Shown here: piece after piece, positions 63,698-64,000 of the stretch | Layout: each line of letters starts with the position of its first letter | How positions within the stretch are numbered: the stretch's first letter is position 1 | Assembly: GCA_951406725.2 (NCBI GenBank) | Contig: OX597829.1 | Coordinates: 19,468,001 to 19,532,000 of the forward strand | DNA from: Octopus vulgaris | Lineage: Eukaryota | DNA length: 64,000 nt | Direction: 5' to 3' | Notes under the pieces: generated by a model | The model's database searches: none | What the model saw: the letters and a program-made list of their open reading frames with translations, nothing else | Told to the model about the DNA's origin: nothing | Position numbers and translations under genes: made by a program

Positions 63698-64000
63698 GTA
63701 ACTAGTAATATTTCAAGTTTTATTTTACTGGTTTTCCATTCCTTTTTTTTTTTTTTTTTTTTTGTCCTTAAAGCAACGAAAAATCAATCAAAAACTAAAT
63801 TGATTTCTTGTTACAACTTGTTTATCATTGCATGTTTTATTTTAAAATATTTGGGTTCTTCATGGTAAGAAGTTTGTTTCCCCAACAACATGGTCCCAGG
63901 TTCAGTCCCACTGCAAGACATCTTGGGCAAATGTCTTCTATAGTTCCAAACTGAGCAAAGTTCTGAATGGACTTGGTGGATAGAAACTATGTGGAAGCCT

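Overview
Eukaryotic, AT-rich, repeat-dense DNA; the repeat families and gene structure fit a coleoid cephalopod, probably Octopus (inference). The window lies almost entirely within one + strand gene. Ten hand-assembled GT-AG coding exons (2237-63697) join in phase over 1750 nt (about 583 codons) and the gene continues past the window. They encode an N-terminal PDZ domain, a long S/T-P-rich linker and an STXBP4/Synip-type EF-hand-like segment. Introns contain several tRNA-derived SINE families, RTE/CR1/I-type LINE fragments, piggyBac-, hAT- and mariner-type elements, a Helentron-like element and Penelope-like inverted repeats. Highlights: (1) a tRNA-headed short element carrying a minimal type I hammerhead ribozyme, in a Penelope-like inverted arrangement; (2) an old retroposon family whose head fits an HDV-like ribozyme fold and is repeatedly hit by DNA transposons at one site; (3) a 5'-inverted (twin-priming-type) RTE insertion; (4) a candidate alternative first coding micro-exon. 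Most short ORFs in the supplied track are repeat artefacts. All homology statements come from reading and recalled family knowledge; no searches were run.
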